64,000 nucleotides of DNA, taken from positions 2,563-66,562 of the forward strand of contig CAIUQE010000001.1 of the NCBI GenBank assembly GCA_903901225.1, in the 5' to 3' direction. Position numbers and translations under genes: made by a program. The notes under the pieces are model-generated. The model worked only from the letters and a program-made list of their open reading frames with translations, did not search any database and was not told where the DNA came from. This document shows, one piece after another, positions 50,172 through 59,425 of the stretch (position 1 is the stretch's first letter; every line of letters begins with the position of its first letter). The DNA is from Candidatus Omnitrophota bacterium (GTDB lineage: Bacteria; Omnitrophota; Gorgyraeia; Zapsychrales; Fredricksoniimonadaceae).

Positions 50172-50995
50172 GCCAAGACAGGCTTCCCCTTTTCATCCGC
50201 CAGGGGTTTGCCATCATCTCCCCTGACGCAAAGGAACTGCTCCGCCTTGATAAAGTCATCGGGAAAACCGCTGTGGGAAAAATAGGGGAAATCGCCGTCC
50301 AGGACGACCCTCAATCCCACGGCGTCTGCCCCCAGCTCTTGCCTGATCAAATTAACGATGTCATGCGCCGATGACGCCATGTCACGGGAGGAATTCAATG
50401 CCTGCTGGACTTCGAGGAAAAGTTTCTGGCGGGTTTCCCTGTTCCTGCGGTCCGTTTCATCCCAGGTAACGCCGTCGATCCTTGCCGGGCGGCCGTGCCC
50501 GTCGCACACGACGCGTCCCCGGGACACCACATGCCTGAAATTCCCGTCCGCGAGGACAACCCGGTATTCCATCTCGTAAGGGATATTCTCGGCGAGGGCG
50601 CGCGCGATGGCCGCCTTCACCCTGTCCAGATCATCGGGATGGATGACCTGGAAGAATTCCTGCGGCTGGCCGGTATACGTCTGCGGATCAATACCCAGGA
50701 TATGACAGGACTGTGCGTCAAGGTAGCGACTGGCATGCACACAGTCATAGGACCAGATGCCCATCCGGGCGGCATTGACAGCCAGCTCAAGGCGCTGGCG
50801 GCTCTCGCGGGCCAGGGCCTCGGCCCTGGAACGCCCGACCCAGATCAATGAGATGACGACGCCAAGGCCGCCGAGACACACAAAACTGATCCATGATCTA
50901 TGACCGAAAAAGATCACGGTGATGAAATTCACCAGGAATACCGCGAAAAGGATCCACGGCCAGTAACGCCTTTCTCTATTCAAAACGCACCTCAT
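49949..50995 (-). CDS. Membrane-anchored PAS-domain protein ending in a truncated GAF-like segment. Probably the N-terminal part of the downstream GGDEF-EAL gene, separated by a frameshift.
   Basis: Two N-terminal TM helices, a PAS/PAC block (…GIWSYDC…EYRVVLADGNFRHVVSRG…) and the start of a GAF-like region. Overlaps the next ORF by about 220 bp in another frame. The track start at 51097 is likely over-extended; the ATG at 50995 precedes the first TM helix. Confidence 0.5.
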   Translation of the reverse strand: MRCVLNRERRYWPWILFAVFLVNFITVIFFGHRSWISFVCLGGLGVVISLIWVGRSRAEALARESRQRLELAVNAARMGIWSYDCVHASRYLDAQSCHILGIDPQTYTGQPQEFFQVIHPDDLDRVKAAIARALAENIPYEMEYRVVLADGNFRHVVSRGRVVCDGHGRPARIDGVTWDETDRRNRETRQKLFLEVQQALNSSRDMASSAHDIVNLIRQELGADAVGLRVVLDGDFPYFSHSGFPDDFIKAEQFLCVRGDDGKPLADEKGKPVLACICGQVIAGRIDPDKPFFTPGGSFWTSHAAELAAVRPTAALALIPAFNASIAVTVRSPLSRSGRARGSSASCR

Positions 50996-51587
50996 CGATA
51001 TAAAAAACACAGCCCTGCGGATTGACCTCCATGTTTGTGCTCCAGGCAAAGCCGCCGCTGATATGGGAGAGGTCCTTGCCGCGGAGATCAATGGCATATT
51101 CCTTCCACTCCCGTGTCAACATCACATCTTTTAAACTGGCCGAAGCGCTGTCCGGATACATCTGGTCGGGCCCGATACCGCCGACCTTGAACTCCACGAT
51201 ACGCTCCCCGCCTTTTTCGCTCCTGGCCCAAAACACAAGCTTTTGCGCCCCTCTCAGGTCGAACCCGCCTTTGACAGAACCCCAGTTATTGGGAGGATCC
51301 TGCCAGTAAACCCCCGCCCATTTTTGCCTGTCGCTGGAACACTCCGCATCAAACCTGATACGCATGCAGGTCCGGCCATTTTTGACATTGTATCGCCAGG
51401 CATCATCAATGGCGACGCAACGGCCATCGGGCATATAGCCTGACGGGGTAAAATGGTTCTTTGAGTTCTTGTCGTGATAGATATAAAAAGGCTTGAACGA
51501 GGACCCCAGCATGGCCCTTGCGGTCAGCACCCCTGTCACCACCAGCAACACCCCAAGAACAATTATCCGGTAATTGCGTGTTTTCAT
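50976..51587 (-). CDS. Hypothetical exported protein (N-terminal signal/anchor)
   Basis: MKTRNYRIIVLGVLLVVTGVLTARA signal-like N-terminus after trimming the track start (51608) to the ATG at 51587. Remainder Trp/Gly-rich with no recognised motif. Confidence 0.35.
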   Translation of the reverse strand: MKTRNYRIIVLGVLLVVTGVLTARAMLGSSFKPFYIYHDKNSKNHFTPSGYMPDGRCVAIDDAWRYNVKNGRTCMRIRFDAECSSDRQKWAGVYWQDPPNNWGSVKGGFDLRGAQKLVFWARSEKGGERIVEFKVGGIGPDQMYPDSASASLKDVMLTREWKEYAIDLRGKDLSHISGGFAWSTNMEVNPQGCVFYIDEVRFE

Positions 51588-51638
51588 GGCCCATCCTCCC
51601 GTCGACATTTCAACGGTCGTTGTGTGCCGCTGAAATGA

Positions 51639-52328
51639 TCAGACTGTTGCCGCCCGTTTTTGCCGCCACTGGGCATCAAGTGCTTGCCTCATGCACTGGA
51701 TCGCGTCCTTGTGACGGTCTTGAGCTTTATATAAAAAGCCGAGCGTCTGGTGATACTCCACCCGGCTGGAATCGAGCGCGATGGCCTTCTTGTACAAGCG
51801 TTCAGCCTCAGGGCGATCCTTGAGTTTTTCATGACAAACACCCAGGCGATAATAAATGCCGGCATCCAGAGGCTTGATCCTGGCCGCCCGCGAAAGAAAC
51901 GTGATCGCCTCGGGATATTCTTCAATGTGATACAACGACTCGCCCAGGGCGTTGATGATCTCGGGGTCGTTCTTAGCGATCCGGTCGGCTTTTCTCAGGA
52001 ATTCAGAGGCCTCTTTGTCTTCATCCATGTTCTTGTAACACATGGCGAGCATATAAAGAATACTTGTGTCCCGTTGCTCGACCTTGTCAAGATAAAGGAA
52101 GAACGCGTCCCTGGCCTTGATATAATCGCCCTGCCTGAAATACGCGAACCCCTGTTCCTTGTGAAAATCAACCCGTGTCCCTTCAGGGGAAATGAACGCC
52201 TTGTTATAGCCGCGCGTTAATTTGTCAGCAAGACGACTGACGACGGAGAAAACCACCCGTGGCGCCATCTTTACCCCCCCCTCAGTGCGTAAACGCTTTG
52301 TTCTCAATGATTTAGAACTCTCCATCAT
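51639..52328 (-). CDS. Tetratricopeptide-repeat (TPR) protein
   Basis: Several 34-aa repeats with the W/LG/Y…A…F…A…P pattern (e.g. AFFLYLDKVEQ…, ALGESLYHIEEYPEAITFLSRAARIKP, YYRLGVCHEKLKDRPEAERLYKKAIALDS). Confidence 0.6.
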   Translation of the reverse strand: MMESSKSLRTKRLRTEGGVKMAPRVVFSVVSRLADKLTRGYNKAFISPEGTRVDFHKEQGFAYFRQGDYIKARDAFFLYLDKVEQRDTSILYMLAMCYKNMDEDKEASEFLRKADRIAKNDPEIINALGESLYHIEEYPEAITFLSRAARIKPLDAGIYYRLGVCHEKLKDRPEAERLYKKAIALDSSRVEYHQTLGFLYKAQDRHKDAIQCMRQALDAQWRQKRAATV

Positions 52329-52455
52329 CTCGCGGCCTCCTGTGGCCTGTCAATATTTCCCAATAACCGGTTTTGGTAATGTCGTCTGACTTAATGATAC
52401 TGCTTAACCATTAAAAGACAAGCTCTTTGATGGAGGGGGCGGGGAAATCGGCTCT

Positions 52456-53271
52456 TCAAGCCCTCAGCGCGTAATAGTAGCCGCTGTTCTTTTCTATCGT
52501 CACGGGGGTCGCGAACAAGGCGCTGATATTTTTGTCCGTCAGGACAGCGGCCGTCGGGCCGTCCTTGAAGAATTTTCCGTTTTTCATCAAAATGACCCTG
52601 CTTATCTCGGGGATGATATCGGAAAGGTCATGCGTCACCATGATGATGCTGGTCCCGGTCCGCGTGATCTTGCGCAGGACATTATCGACCTTATGCAGCG
52701 CGTGCAGGTCAAGGCCGCTCATCGGCTCATCGAGAACAAGGGCTTTGGGGTCATGGACCAAAGCGCGTCCGATCAGGAAACGCCGGGCCTCGCCCGACGA
52801 CATTTCGTTCATTTTCCTCCCCTGAAGATGGGATATCTCCAGGAATTCCATGATCCGCGCGGCCTTCTTTTTCATCTTTGGACCCGGCCGTTCCCGGAAC
52901 AAACCGACGCTGCTGAAAAACCCCGACAGCACCACGTCCACGCCCGTAATATCCCGGTCAAAGGTGGTTTGCAGGTCATTGGAAACAATGCCCAGCAAAC
53001 GGCGCAGATCGGAGACATCCCACCTGTCCTGGCCCATGATCCTGAAAGACGGCTCTTTCCTGCCGGCCGCCGGATAATATTCCCTGGTGATGACCTTGAT
53101 CAATGACGATTTTCCGGCACCGTTGGGTCCCAGGATGGCGACATTCTCCCCCTCATGGATCCTGAGAGATATGCCGTTCAATATTTTCCTCTGACTGCCT
53201 CTGACAACTGTTATGCCGCTGAATTCCAGCAAGGGACGCGCCTGAAGTTTTGCTCCTTTAATAGCCATCAT
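52456..53271 (-). CDS. Stand-alone ABC-transporter ATP-binding protein
   Basis: Walker A GPNGAGKSS, signature-like MSSGEARR, Walker B LVLDEPMSGLD, H-loop VTHD. Confidence 0.8.
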   Translation of the reverse strand: MMAIKGAKLQARPLLEFSGITVVRGSQRKILNGISLRIHEGENVAILGPNGAGKSSLIKVITREYYPAAGRKEPSFRIMGQDRWDVSDLRRLLGIVSNDLQTTFDRDITGVDVVLSGFFSSVGLFRERPGPKMKKKAARIMEFLEISHLQGRKMNEMSSGEARRFLIGRALVHDPKALVLDEPMSGLDLHALHKVDNVLRKITRTGTSIIMVTHDLSDIIPEISRVILMKNGKFFKDGPTAAVLTDKNISALFATPVTIEKNSGYYYALRA

Positions 53272-53873
53272 TCTCTCCGGTTCTCTATAAATTCAAGCCG
53301 CGCGACCTCGGCCAGGAGCTGTTCCCTGATGCCGGCGGCAGGCCCCTCGACAAGCACCAGCGCGTGCCGGTACGCCCCCAACGCCTCGGAGATCCGCCCC
53401 TGTTCTTCATAGGCATTGGCCATGTTCTCCCAGGTGACCACGCGCCGCGGCTCAAGGGCCAGCGCGCGCTCAAAACACGCCAGCGCCTCGGAAGGCCGCC
53501 CGATCTTGTTAAGGAACCAGCCCTTGTTATGATGGATCGTCGCGTAATCCGCCTCAACCGCCAACCCCTGGTCAAACATCTCCAGGACGCCGTCGAGAGT
53601 GCCCTCCTCCACCATGCACAGCGCGATGTCATTGAAGGCCGCGCCATCCAGCGGGTTGAACGCCAGCGCCCGTTCCAGCAGACCGAGGGCCCCGGCGAAA
53701 TCCCCGTCCACGATCGCCGCCTGGGCGCGAAAATACAGGAGCTCGCCCGGGCATTCCCTGGCCTGCGCGAGCCGCAAACCTTCGGCGATCCGGCGCCGGG
53801 CCTCAGCCTGGTCATTCCAGGTGATCGCCACGTCGATCTGCCGCCTTAACTGGGTAAAATCGGGATGGTTCAT
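53268..53873 (-). CDS. Tetratricopeptide-repeat (TPR) protein
   Basis: TPR-like repeats (…AEGLRLAQARECPGELLYFRAQAAIVDGDFAGALGLLERALAFNP…, …ALACFERALALEP…, …ALGAYRHALVL…). 4-bp overlap with the ABC ATPase gene. Track start 53897; 53873 is an alternative. Confidence 0.6.
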   Translation of the reverse strand: MNHPDFTQLRRQIDVAITWNDQAEARRRIAEGLRLAQARECPGELLYFRAQAAIVDGDFAGALGLLERALAFNPLDGAAFNDIALCMVEEGTLDGVLEMFDQGLAVEADYATIHHNKGWFLNKIGRPSEALACFERALALEPRRVVTWENMANAYEEQGRISEALGAYRHALVLVEGPAAGIREQLLAEVARLEFIENRRE

Positions 53874-54066
53874 GGGGATGGCGCGTCGACGGCGCAAGCG
53901 TTCAGCGCGCGCGTGATCTTGCCCTGGATATTGGCCGTCACGGGGCGCCCCGTCCGCGCTTTCTGCACCTGCTTGAACGTGAGCTGCTCGGTGGAGGCCT
54001 TGACAAGATCGGCATTGCTCAACCCGCGCGCCTTGAGGATGCTGTCAAGCGCTTGTGGATCCAACG

Positions 54067-54663
54067 TCATAAATTACCCCGGCTTTTTCTTTCGCATTCC
54101 TGGCAAACGCTGCTTTCCACCTGTGCTTTGGAATGACTTTCAAAATACTTTTCGATCTGCATCCAATATCCGCTGTCATTACGGATCTTCCGGCACCAGG
54201 CGCAGATCGGCAATACCCCGCTCAACTCATCGATCTCGGCAAGCGTCTGCTCCAGCCGTTGATTGACATCGTGAAGCCGCCGCTTTTCGTCCTCGATCTT
54301 CCCCAACAACACCTTCATGGCCAGAAGGATCAATATCCCCATGCTGACCGTGCAGATCACCGTCAGGAAGATCACCTGCGGCACAACAACGCCCTTGAAA
54401 AGAACCATCAGGAAGATCGAATTGAGCACGCAGATCCCGGACACCATTCCCGTGATCAACACCATGATGCCGCCTTGCAAGCCGGTGATCTGCCGGGCCC
54501 GGTCCTGAAAAACCTCGAAAACAACACCCCACATGAACGCCAGCAGGGACAATCCCGCCAGCCGGACCGGCGTTAAAGGAACGAATCCAAAAACAAGGAT
54601 GCCTTCAAGAAGGATGCCGAAGAAAAGAACAGAGCGCGTCAAGAAGACACCGGGAACTTTCAT
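54067..54663 (-). CDS. Membrane protein with C-terminal Cys4 zinc-ribbon-like domain (paralog 1)
   Basis: About 5 TM helices, a coiled-coil linker, then LPICAWCRKIRNDSGYWMQIEKYFESHSKAQVESSVCQECERK (CxxC…CxxC). Confidence 0.5.
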   Translation of the reverse strand: MKVPGVFLTRSVLFFGILLEGILVFGFVPLTPVRLAGLSLLAFMWGVVFEVFQDRARQITGLQGGIMVLITGMVSGICVLNSIFLMVLFKGVVVPQVIFLTVICTVSMGILILLAMKVLLGKIEDEKRRLHDVNQRLEQTLAEIDELSGVLPICAWCRKIRNDSGYWMQIEKYFESHSKAQVESSVCQECERKSRGNL

Positions 54664-55100
54664 CCGCCTGCCTCCTCTTCCTGGATACTCGACGCGCAGG
54701 CCTCACAAATGCCATGCGTGAAGCGCGCGCTGGAGCGGGTCTCGACGAATTCCTCGACGTGCTTCCAGTAACCCGCGTCATCACGGACCTTCTTGCAAAC
54801 AGGGCAAATGGGCAGCAAGCCGCCAAGTTCCTGTTTTTCTTTCAGCGCTTTCTGCAACACGGCATTGCGATCATGCAGCACCTGGCGGCTCAGTACAAGG
54901 CGTTCAAGGAGGATATAAAACCCCGCCATCGTGACAATGATGGCCAGTACCGGCTCCAGGAATGCCAGCATGTAAACAATGCGGAATTCATCTTTCAGGG
55001 AGAAATGTTCGAACACAAGGCAGATGGCCTCACTGCCCGTGATGCCCAGGAGCATGACAAGAAGGGCGAGCAATATCTCTTTTGTTCTTAAAGGCTTCAT
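54660..55100 (-). CDS. Membrane protein with C-terminal Cys4 zinc-ribbon-like domain (paralog 2)
   Basis: About 3 TM helices, a linker, then LPICPVCKKVRDDAGYWKHVEEFVETRSSARFTHGICEACASS. Same motif architecture as the adjacent gene, with a 4-bp overlap. Confidence 0.5.
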   Translation of the reverse strand: MKPLRTKEILLALLVMLLGITGSEAICLVFEHFSLKDEFRIVYMLAFLEPVLAIIVTMAGFYILLERLVLSRQVLHDRNAVLQKALKEKQELGGLLPICPVCKKVRDDAGYWKHVEEFVETRSSARFTHGICEACASSIQEEEAGG

Positions 55101-55220
55101 TTTATACGGCCATCCCCGTGACCATTATTACCGAAGATCAGCAGGATTTCTCATATTTTTAAGAATTTTGATCTTGATCCCCGTCACAATACTTGACCGC
55201 GGGAACATGAAGGAACAATG

Positions 55221-56648
55221 CTAGGGTTGGCGTAATTTAGAAACGCGGCTGTTCTTGCCGGATCCCTGGATCAAAAGGCTGGCAAGAATGCGGGGGGCTG
55301 TCACACAAAGCAACAAGATCTCTTTTAAGGTCAGGATCCTGACGACGAAAAGGCATTTCCACGCGACCCACACATACCGGCCGGGCGTATAGAAGGAACG
55401 TTTGATCTCTTTACCTATCTTTTTAAGTACCGCGTGGCTGTAAGCATCGGAATACAATTCACCTTTTTCAGTGATGTGGTACCCGGGTGCCTTTTGAGCC
55501 AGCTCCCGCAACGGCGAGAATTTTTCGATGCGCAATTTGTTGGCGGAAATGGTATCCACGCCGATCTCTCTGGCAAATTGCGCGATATAGGTCATCTCCT
55601 GACGCTTCTCGCCGATATTGCCATAGAGAAAATATCCGTTGGTCAGGATGGGATACCGCCTGAGGACGGCGAAAGCATCCCTGATCGCCGCCTGGTTGAA
55701 ACCTTTGTTGAGCTGGGACAGGATCCAGTCATGCGGGGATTCAATGCCGATGAAGAACGACTTGAACCCGGCCTTCACCATCTTATCAAGTATGGCGGGA
55801 TGCTTCGCGATGTCGATCCTGACCTGGGCAAAGAACCGCTTGTTGACCTTGTGTTTGATGAGCAGGTCACATATCTGTTCAGCCCGCCTGGGATCAACAA
55901 AAAGATTGTCGTCGCTGAAAAGGACAATATCGGCTTTTAACCCGCGGATCTCTTCGACCACGGATTCAACGCTGCGCTCGACATATTCGCGTTTTTGTCC
56001 CAGGGGATTCAGGCTGAAGGTGCAGAATTTGCACTTGAACGGGCAGCCCCGCGTCGTCAACACCGTATCGAATAAAATGTCAGCCAGGCGGATGCCGTTG
56101 AGCATCAGACCGTAATCGTAACGCCGGAGCGACCGGTCGGGGGCGGGCAATTCGTTCACATTGAGGAACGGACGGTTGGCGTTGTGCCTGATCTTGTCGC
56201 CATCGCGATAGGAAACGCCCAGGATATTTTCAGGCGCCGTGCCTTGCAGGATCTCCTGTGCCGTCTTCTCGCCTTCTCCCCGGACGACCATATTGACCCG
56301 GCCCGATGCCTGGAATATTTCCTCGACCTTCTCCGTGGCCGTGTAACCTCCCACGACCAAAGGGATATTCCCCGGCATGCGGTTCAATAACGCGTAGATC
56401 GCCTCCAACTGCCGGTCCCAGCCCATGCTGACGAAAACAATATCCACCTCGCGCCCGATGAATTCAAGCAAGGCGCCTTCATCGGCGAGCTCTTTCTCAT
56501 ATCTCAGATCAATGATCGTGATCTTCGGGACCAAGCCTTTGGCGCTGCTGGCGACGTATTCCAGGCCTGTCGGCGGGAACAGCATCATGGTGAGATTGGT
56601 GCTGGCTTCTTTGTAGGGATTCAGGAACAAGGCGTGGCGATATTTCAT
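55221..56648 (-). CDS. Cobalamin(B12)-binding radical SAM enzyme
   Basis: B12-binding N-terminal domain (…DIVFVSMGW…, IPLVVGGYTAT) and CxxxCxxC motif GCPFKCKFC. Confidence 0.75.
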   Translation of the reverse strand: MKYRHALFLNPYKEASTNLTMMLFPPTGLEYVASSAKGLVPKITIIDLRYEKELADEGALLEFIGREVDIVFVSMGWDRQLEAIYALLNRMPGNIPLVVGGYTATEKVEEIFQASGRVNMVVRGEGEKTAQEILQGTAPENILGVSYRDGDKIRHNANRPFLNVNELPAPDRSLRRYDYGLMLNGIRLADILFDTVLTTRGCPFKCKFCTFSLNPLGQKREYVERSVESVVEEIRGLKADIVLFSDDNLFVDPRRAEQICDLLIKHKVNKRFFAQVRIDIAKHPAILDKMVKAGFKSFFIGIESPHDWILSQLNKGFNQAAIRDAFAVLRRYPILTNGYFLYGNIGEKRQEMTYIAQFAREIGVDTISANKLRIEKFSPLRELAQKAPGYHITEKGELYSDAYSHAVLKKIGKEIKRSFYTPGRYVWVAWKCLFVVRILTLKEILLLCVTAPRILASLLIQGSGKNSRVSKLRQP

Positions 56649-56823
56649 AGGTAAACTGTTCCTGATTATAGGGACGAGCGGTTATGACTATACGCTAAAA
56701 CATCCAAATTGCCAAGGAACAATATAAAAGCCCCCTCTCGATCAAATCTCTCACAACAGTGCAAAAAAGTCATGGCTTTTTTACACCATGGCGTAAAAAT
56801 TACCACACAAACAACCTTCTTCC

Positions 56824-58149
56824 TTAACGGATCAATCGATCAATATCCTCAAGCCCAAGCGCTTGCCACTCGACTTTATATTTTGGATAACTGGCGATCA
56901 ACGCCTTGGACTTGGCCTTTAACCCGGCCAGGTCGATCCGGTCCTTGTTCATCTTGATCTCGGCGATGACCATGGTCTTCTTCATATCGTTCATCGCCAC
57001 CAGGTCGATCTCGTTCTGCCCATCCTTCTCCCAATACGAACCGATGCGGTTGTACTCGCCGCTCTCGGCATACAGCGTCTGAAAGAACCGCTCAAGGACG
57101 CTGCCGGCATACGTGGAATAGTCGCGCCTGATGATGTCCCGGATGTACTCAAAGTTACCCGTCTCGACCGCGGAGCGGTTGCGGTAAATGAACCGGAACC
57201 AGAACGCCAGGAAGTTGTCCGCGATCCGGTACTTCTGCGCCTTGGAGTTCGGCTTGGCGTTCACCGGCTTGTACCGCTCGATGACAGCGTAATCCCGCTC
57301 CAGGCGGTCAAGATAACCGCCAACGTCCGATTCCAGGATAGACTGGATCTCCGAGCGGCCGGTCTTCCCAACGGAGATCAGCTCAAGTATCGAGAAGTAC
57401 GTCCCGTACTCTTTCCCGAACTCCTCGATCAGGAGGTTCCGGCCTTCGTTCAGGGACGGCGAGTTAGCCTCAACCGCAAAGTCCAGGATCTTCTCGAACG
57501 TGAACGCCCGATCCTCCACCAGCTGATCAATGTACTTCGGGCTGCCGCCGGTAAAGAGGTAGTGGTCAAACAGCACGGTCGTGTTCTTTATCTTGTAGTC
57601 CCGCAGGATGCCAGCCATGGTCCGGATCGAGAACGGCTTGATCATGAACATCCGATCCGCGCGGTTGAACAGCGGCTCCTTGGAGCCCTCAAAGATCTTG
57701 TGCATCAGGGAATACACCGACCCGACGCAAATGACGTTCAGTTTACTTTTGGCCTTGTGGAGATCCCAGAGCTTCTGTATCTCGGAATAAACGGACGGGT
57801 TGATGTTATAAAACTCCTGGAACTCGTCAATGATGACCGTGAGCGGCTCATCCTTGGCGATCTGGAGCAAAAGCTGAAAGACATCCGGGAAGGAACGGAT
57901 ATTCCCGATAACAGGGGCTTCTGGATACAGCCGCTTGATCTGCGCGACGTATTCCTCACAAAGCAATGCCTCGGACTTCTTGGCCACGAAGAGGTACAGG
58001 TGCTTCTTGTCCTTGGCGAACTCCAGGGATAACAATGTCTTCCCCACGCGCCTGCGGCCGGTCAGAACGGCCATGCGAGATCCGGCCCTCACCTGCCCCA
58101 TCAACTTATTCAACTCTGCCAATTCCTGGCGCCTATCGTAAAATCTCAT
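56824..58149 (-). CDS. AAA-type ATPase of the Arch_ATPase + DUF234 family
   Basis: MRFYDRRQELAELNKL…LTGRRRVGKTLL Walker A in the characteristic archaeal-ATPase N-terminus, Walker B-like VIIDEFQEF, and a C-terminal DUF234-like region. Track start 58194; 58149 is the likely ATG. Confidence 0.65.
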   Translation of the reverse strand: MRFYDRRQELAELNKLMGQVRAGSRMAVLTGRRRVGKTLLSLEFAKDKKHLYLFVAKKSEALLCEEYVAQIKRLYPEAPVIGNIRSFPDVFQLLLQIAKDEPLTVIIDEFQEFYNINPSVYSEIQKLWDLHKAKSKLNVICVGSVYSLMHKIFEGSKEPLFNRADRMFMIKPFSIRTMAGILRDYKIKNTTVLFDHYLFTGGSPKYIDQLVEDRAFTFEKILDFAVEANSPSLNEGRNLLIEEFGKEYGTYFSILELISVGKTGRSEIQSILESDVGGYLDRLERDYAVIERYKPVNAKPNSKAQKYRIADNFLAFWFRFIYRNRSAVETGNFEYIRDIIRRDYSTYAGSVLERFFQTLYAESGEYNRIGSYWEKDGQNEIDLVAMNDMKKTMVIAEIKMNKDRIDLAGLKAKSKALIASYPKYKVEWQALGLEDIDRLIR

Positions 58150-59425
58150 AATTGTAACCTCCGTTACTGTAACCAAGGTTACTATATGAAACATTGTTTG
58201 TCAATGCCCTGTGATTCGCCCTGGTAAAAACCATCTGGGCGACATGGATATTGCGCATGTGGAAAGCCGCGGCACAATAAGAGAAGTAATATTCCCACTT
58301 GCGAATAAAAGACGCGTTGAACCCCATGGCCGTCATTTTATCTACATTTTGACGGAAATTCTCGCGCCAGCTTAAAAGCGTCTTTGAATAAAAAGGCGTG
58401 ACATCCTCATAGTCCAGGAGACCCATCGTACCCGTTTCCTGAAAAGTATTCATGATCCGGGCCATTGATGGCAAAACACTGCCAGGGAAAATGTGCTTCT
58501 GCGTCCAGTCCGCACGCTTGCGAAAACTTTCGTAACGATGGTCCGGACACAGGATCCCCTGGATGCCAAGAATGCCATCCTGGCGAACAAGTTTCTGACA
58601 GACGGCGATATAATCTTTCAGGAAATGGTGGCCCACCGCCTCGATCATCTCAATCGATATCAGTTTGTCGAACTGTCCCTCCAAATGTCTGTAGTCAGAA
58701 AGGCGGACCTCCACCCTGCCCTCAAGGCCCTCGCGTACGACCAGCTCTTTAACATAATCGAATTGTTCTTTGGATATCGTGACCGTTGTGACATGGCAGC
58801 CGGAATTCCTGGCGGCATAAACCGCAAAGCCGCCCCAGCCGCTACCGATCTCAATCACTTTATCACCGGAACTGATCCTGAGCTTACGGCACCATTGAGC
58901 ATATTTCTCAATTTGTGCCTGCTGGAGAGTCATTTCCGGTGCGCGATAATATGCGCAAGAATAGGCACGGGTCGGATCCAGGAACAGAGCAAAGAAGTCA
59001 TTGCTCAGGTCATAATGCTCCTGGATATTGCGCTGACTGCCATTGAGGGTGTTACGCCGCGTAGAATGAGCCAGGCGGTCAATGAACCAAAAAAGATTAA
59101 AAACATTAAAACCGGGGCGGTCATACGCCAGCGCAGGACAAGCGTCAATGTTCAGGACCATCCAGGCAATGACCTTAAAGACGTCCGAAGTCTCCCAATC
59201 GCCATCGACAAATGATTCACCGAACCCAACATCCCCAAAGAGAACTGTCTTGCGAAAGAATGCGATATCCTTCACCCGGATATCCGCATTGATGCTATTG
59301 GCGTCATACACGCCGTAACAGATCTCCTGACTGTCGGGCAAGGTCATTTTCATGCTGCCCAGGCGCATTTGTGAGAAGAAGTTACGGATGATATATTCCC
59401 ACCAGGAATGATGCGCCCGCCTCAT
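58133..59425 (-). CDS. cfa: Cyclopropane-fatty-acyl-phospholipid synthase family SAM methyltransferase
   Basis: VIEIGSGWGGFAVYAA SAM motif with the CFA/mycolic-acid MTase family block order. 430 aa. Confidence 0.8.
   Translation of the reverse strand: MRRAHHSWWEYIIRNFFSQMRLGSMKMTLPDSQEICYGVYDANSINADIRVKDIAFFRKTVLFGDVGFGESFVDGDWETSDVFKVIAWMVLNIDACPALAYDRPGFNVFNLFWFIDRLAHSTRRNTLNGSQRNIQEHYDLSNDFFALFLDPTRAYSCAYYRAPEMTLQQAQIEKYAQWCRKLRISSGDKVIEIGSGWGGFAVYAARNSGCHVTTVTISKEQFDYVKELVVREGLEGRVEVRLSDYRHLEGQFDKLISIEMIEAVGHHFLKDYIAVCQKLVRQDGILGIQGILCPDHRYESFRKRADWTQKHIFPGSVLPSMARIMNTFQETGTMGLLDYEDVTPFYSKTLLSWRENFRQNVDKMTAMGFNASFIRKWEYYFSYCAAAFHMRNIHVAQMVFTRANHRALTNNVSYSNLGYSNGGYNYEILR

Noticed and set aside
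53285-53815. 176-aa minus-strand ORF in an alternative frame of the TPR gene 53268-53897
   Set aside because: It is in the same orientation but a different frame. Its translation is Arg/Trp/Pro-rich and non-repetitive, whereas the other frame gives recognisable TPR repeats.
53870-54070. 66-aa ORF between the TPR gene and the first Cys4 membrane protein
   Set aside because: It is 4-bp coupled on both sides, which favours a real gene, but it is short and has no motif beyond a vaguely HTH-like segment, so it was left unannotated.
56649-56823. Possible hairpin AAAAAAGTCATGGCTTTTTT in the spacer downstream of the AAA ATPase gene
   Set aside because: The stem is almost entirely A:T, so it would be a weak structure and may be a simple A/T tract. 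It is mentioned in the findings but not annotated as a terminator.
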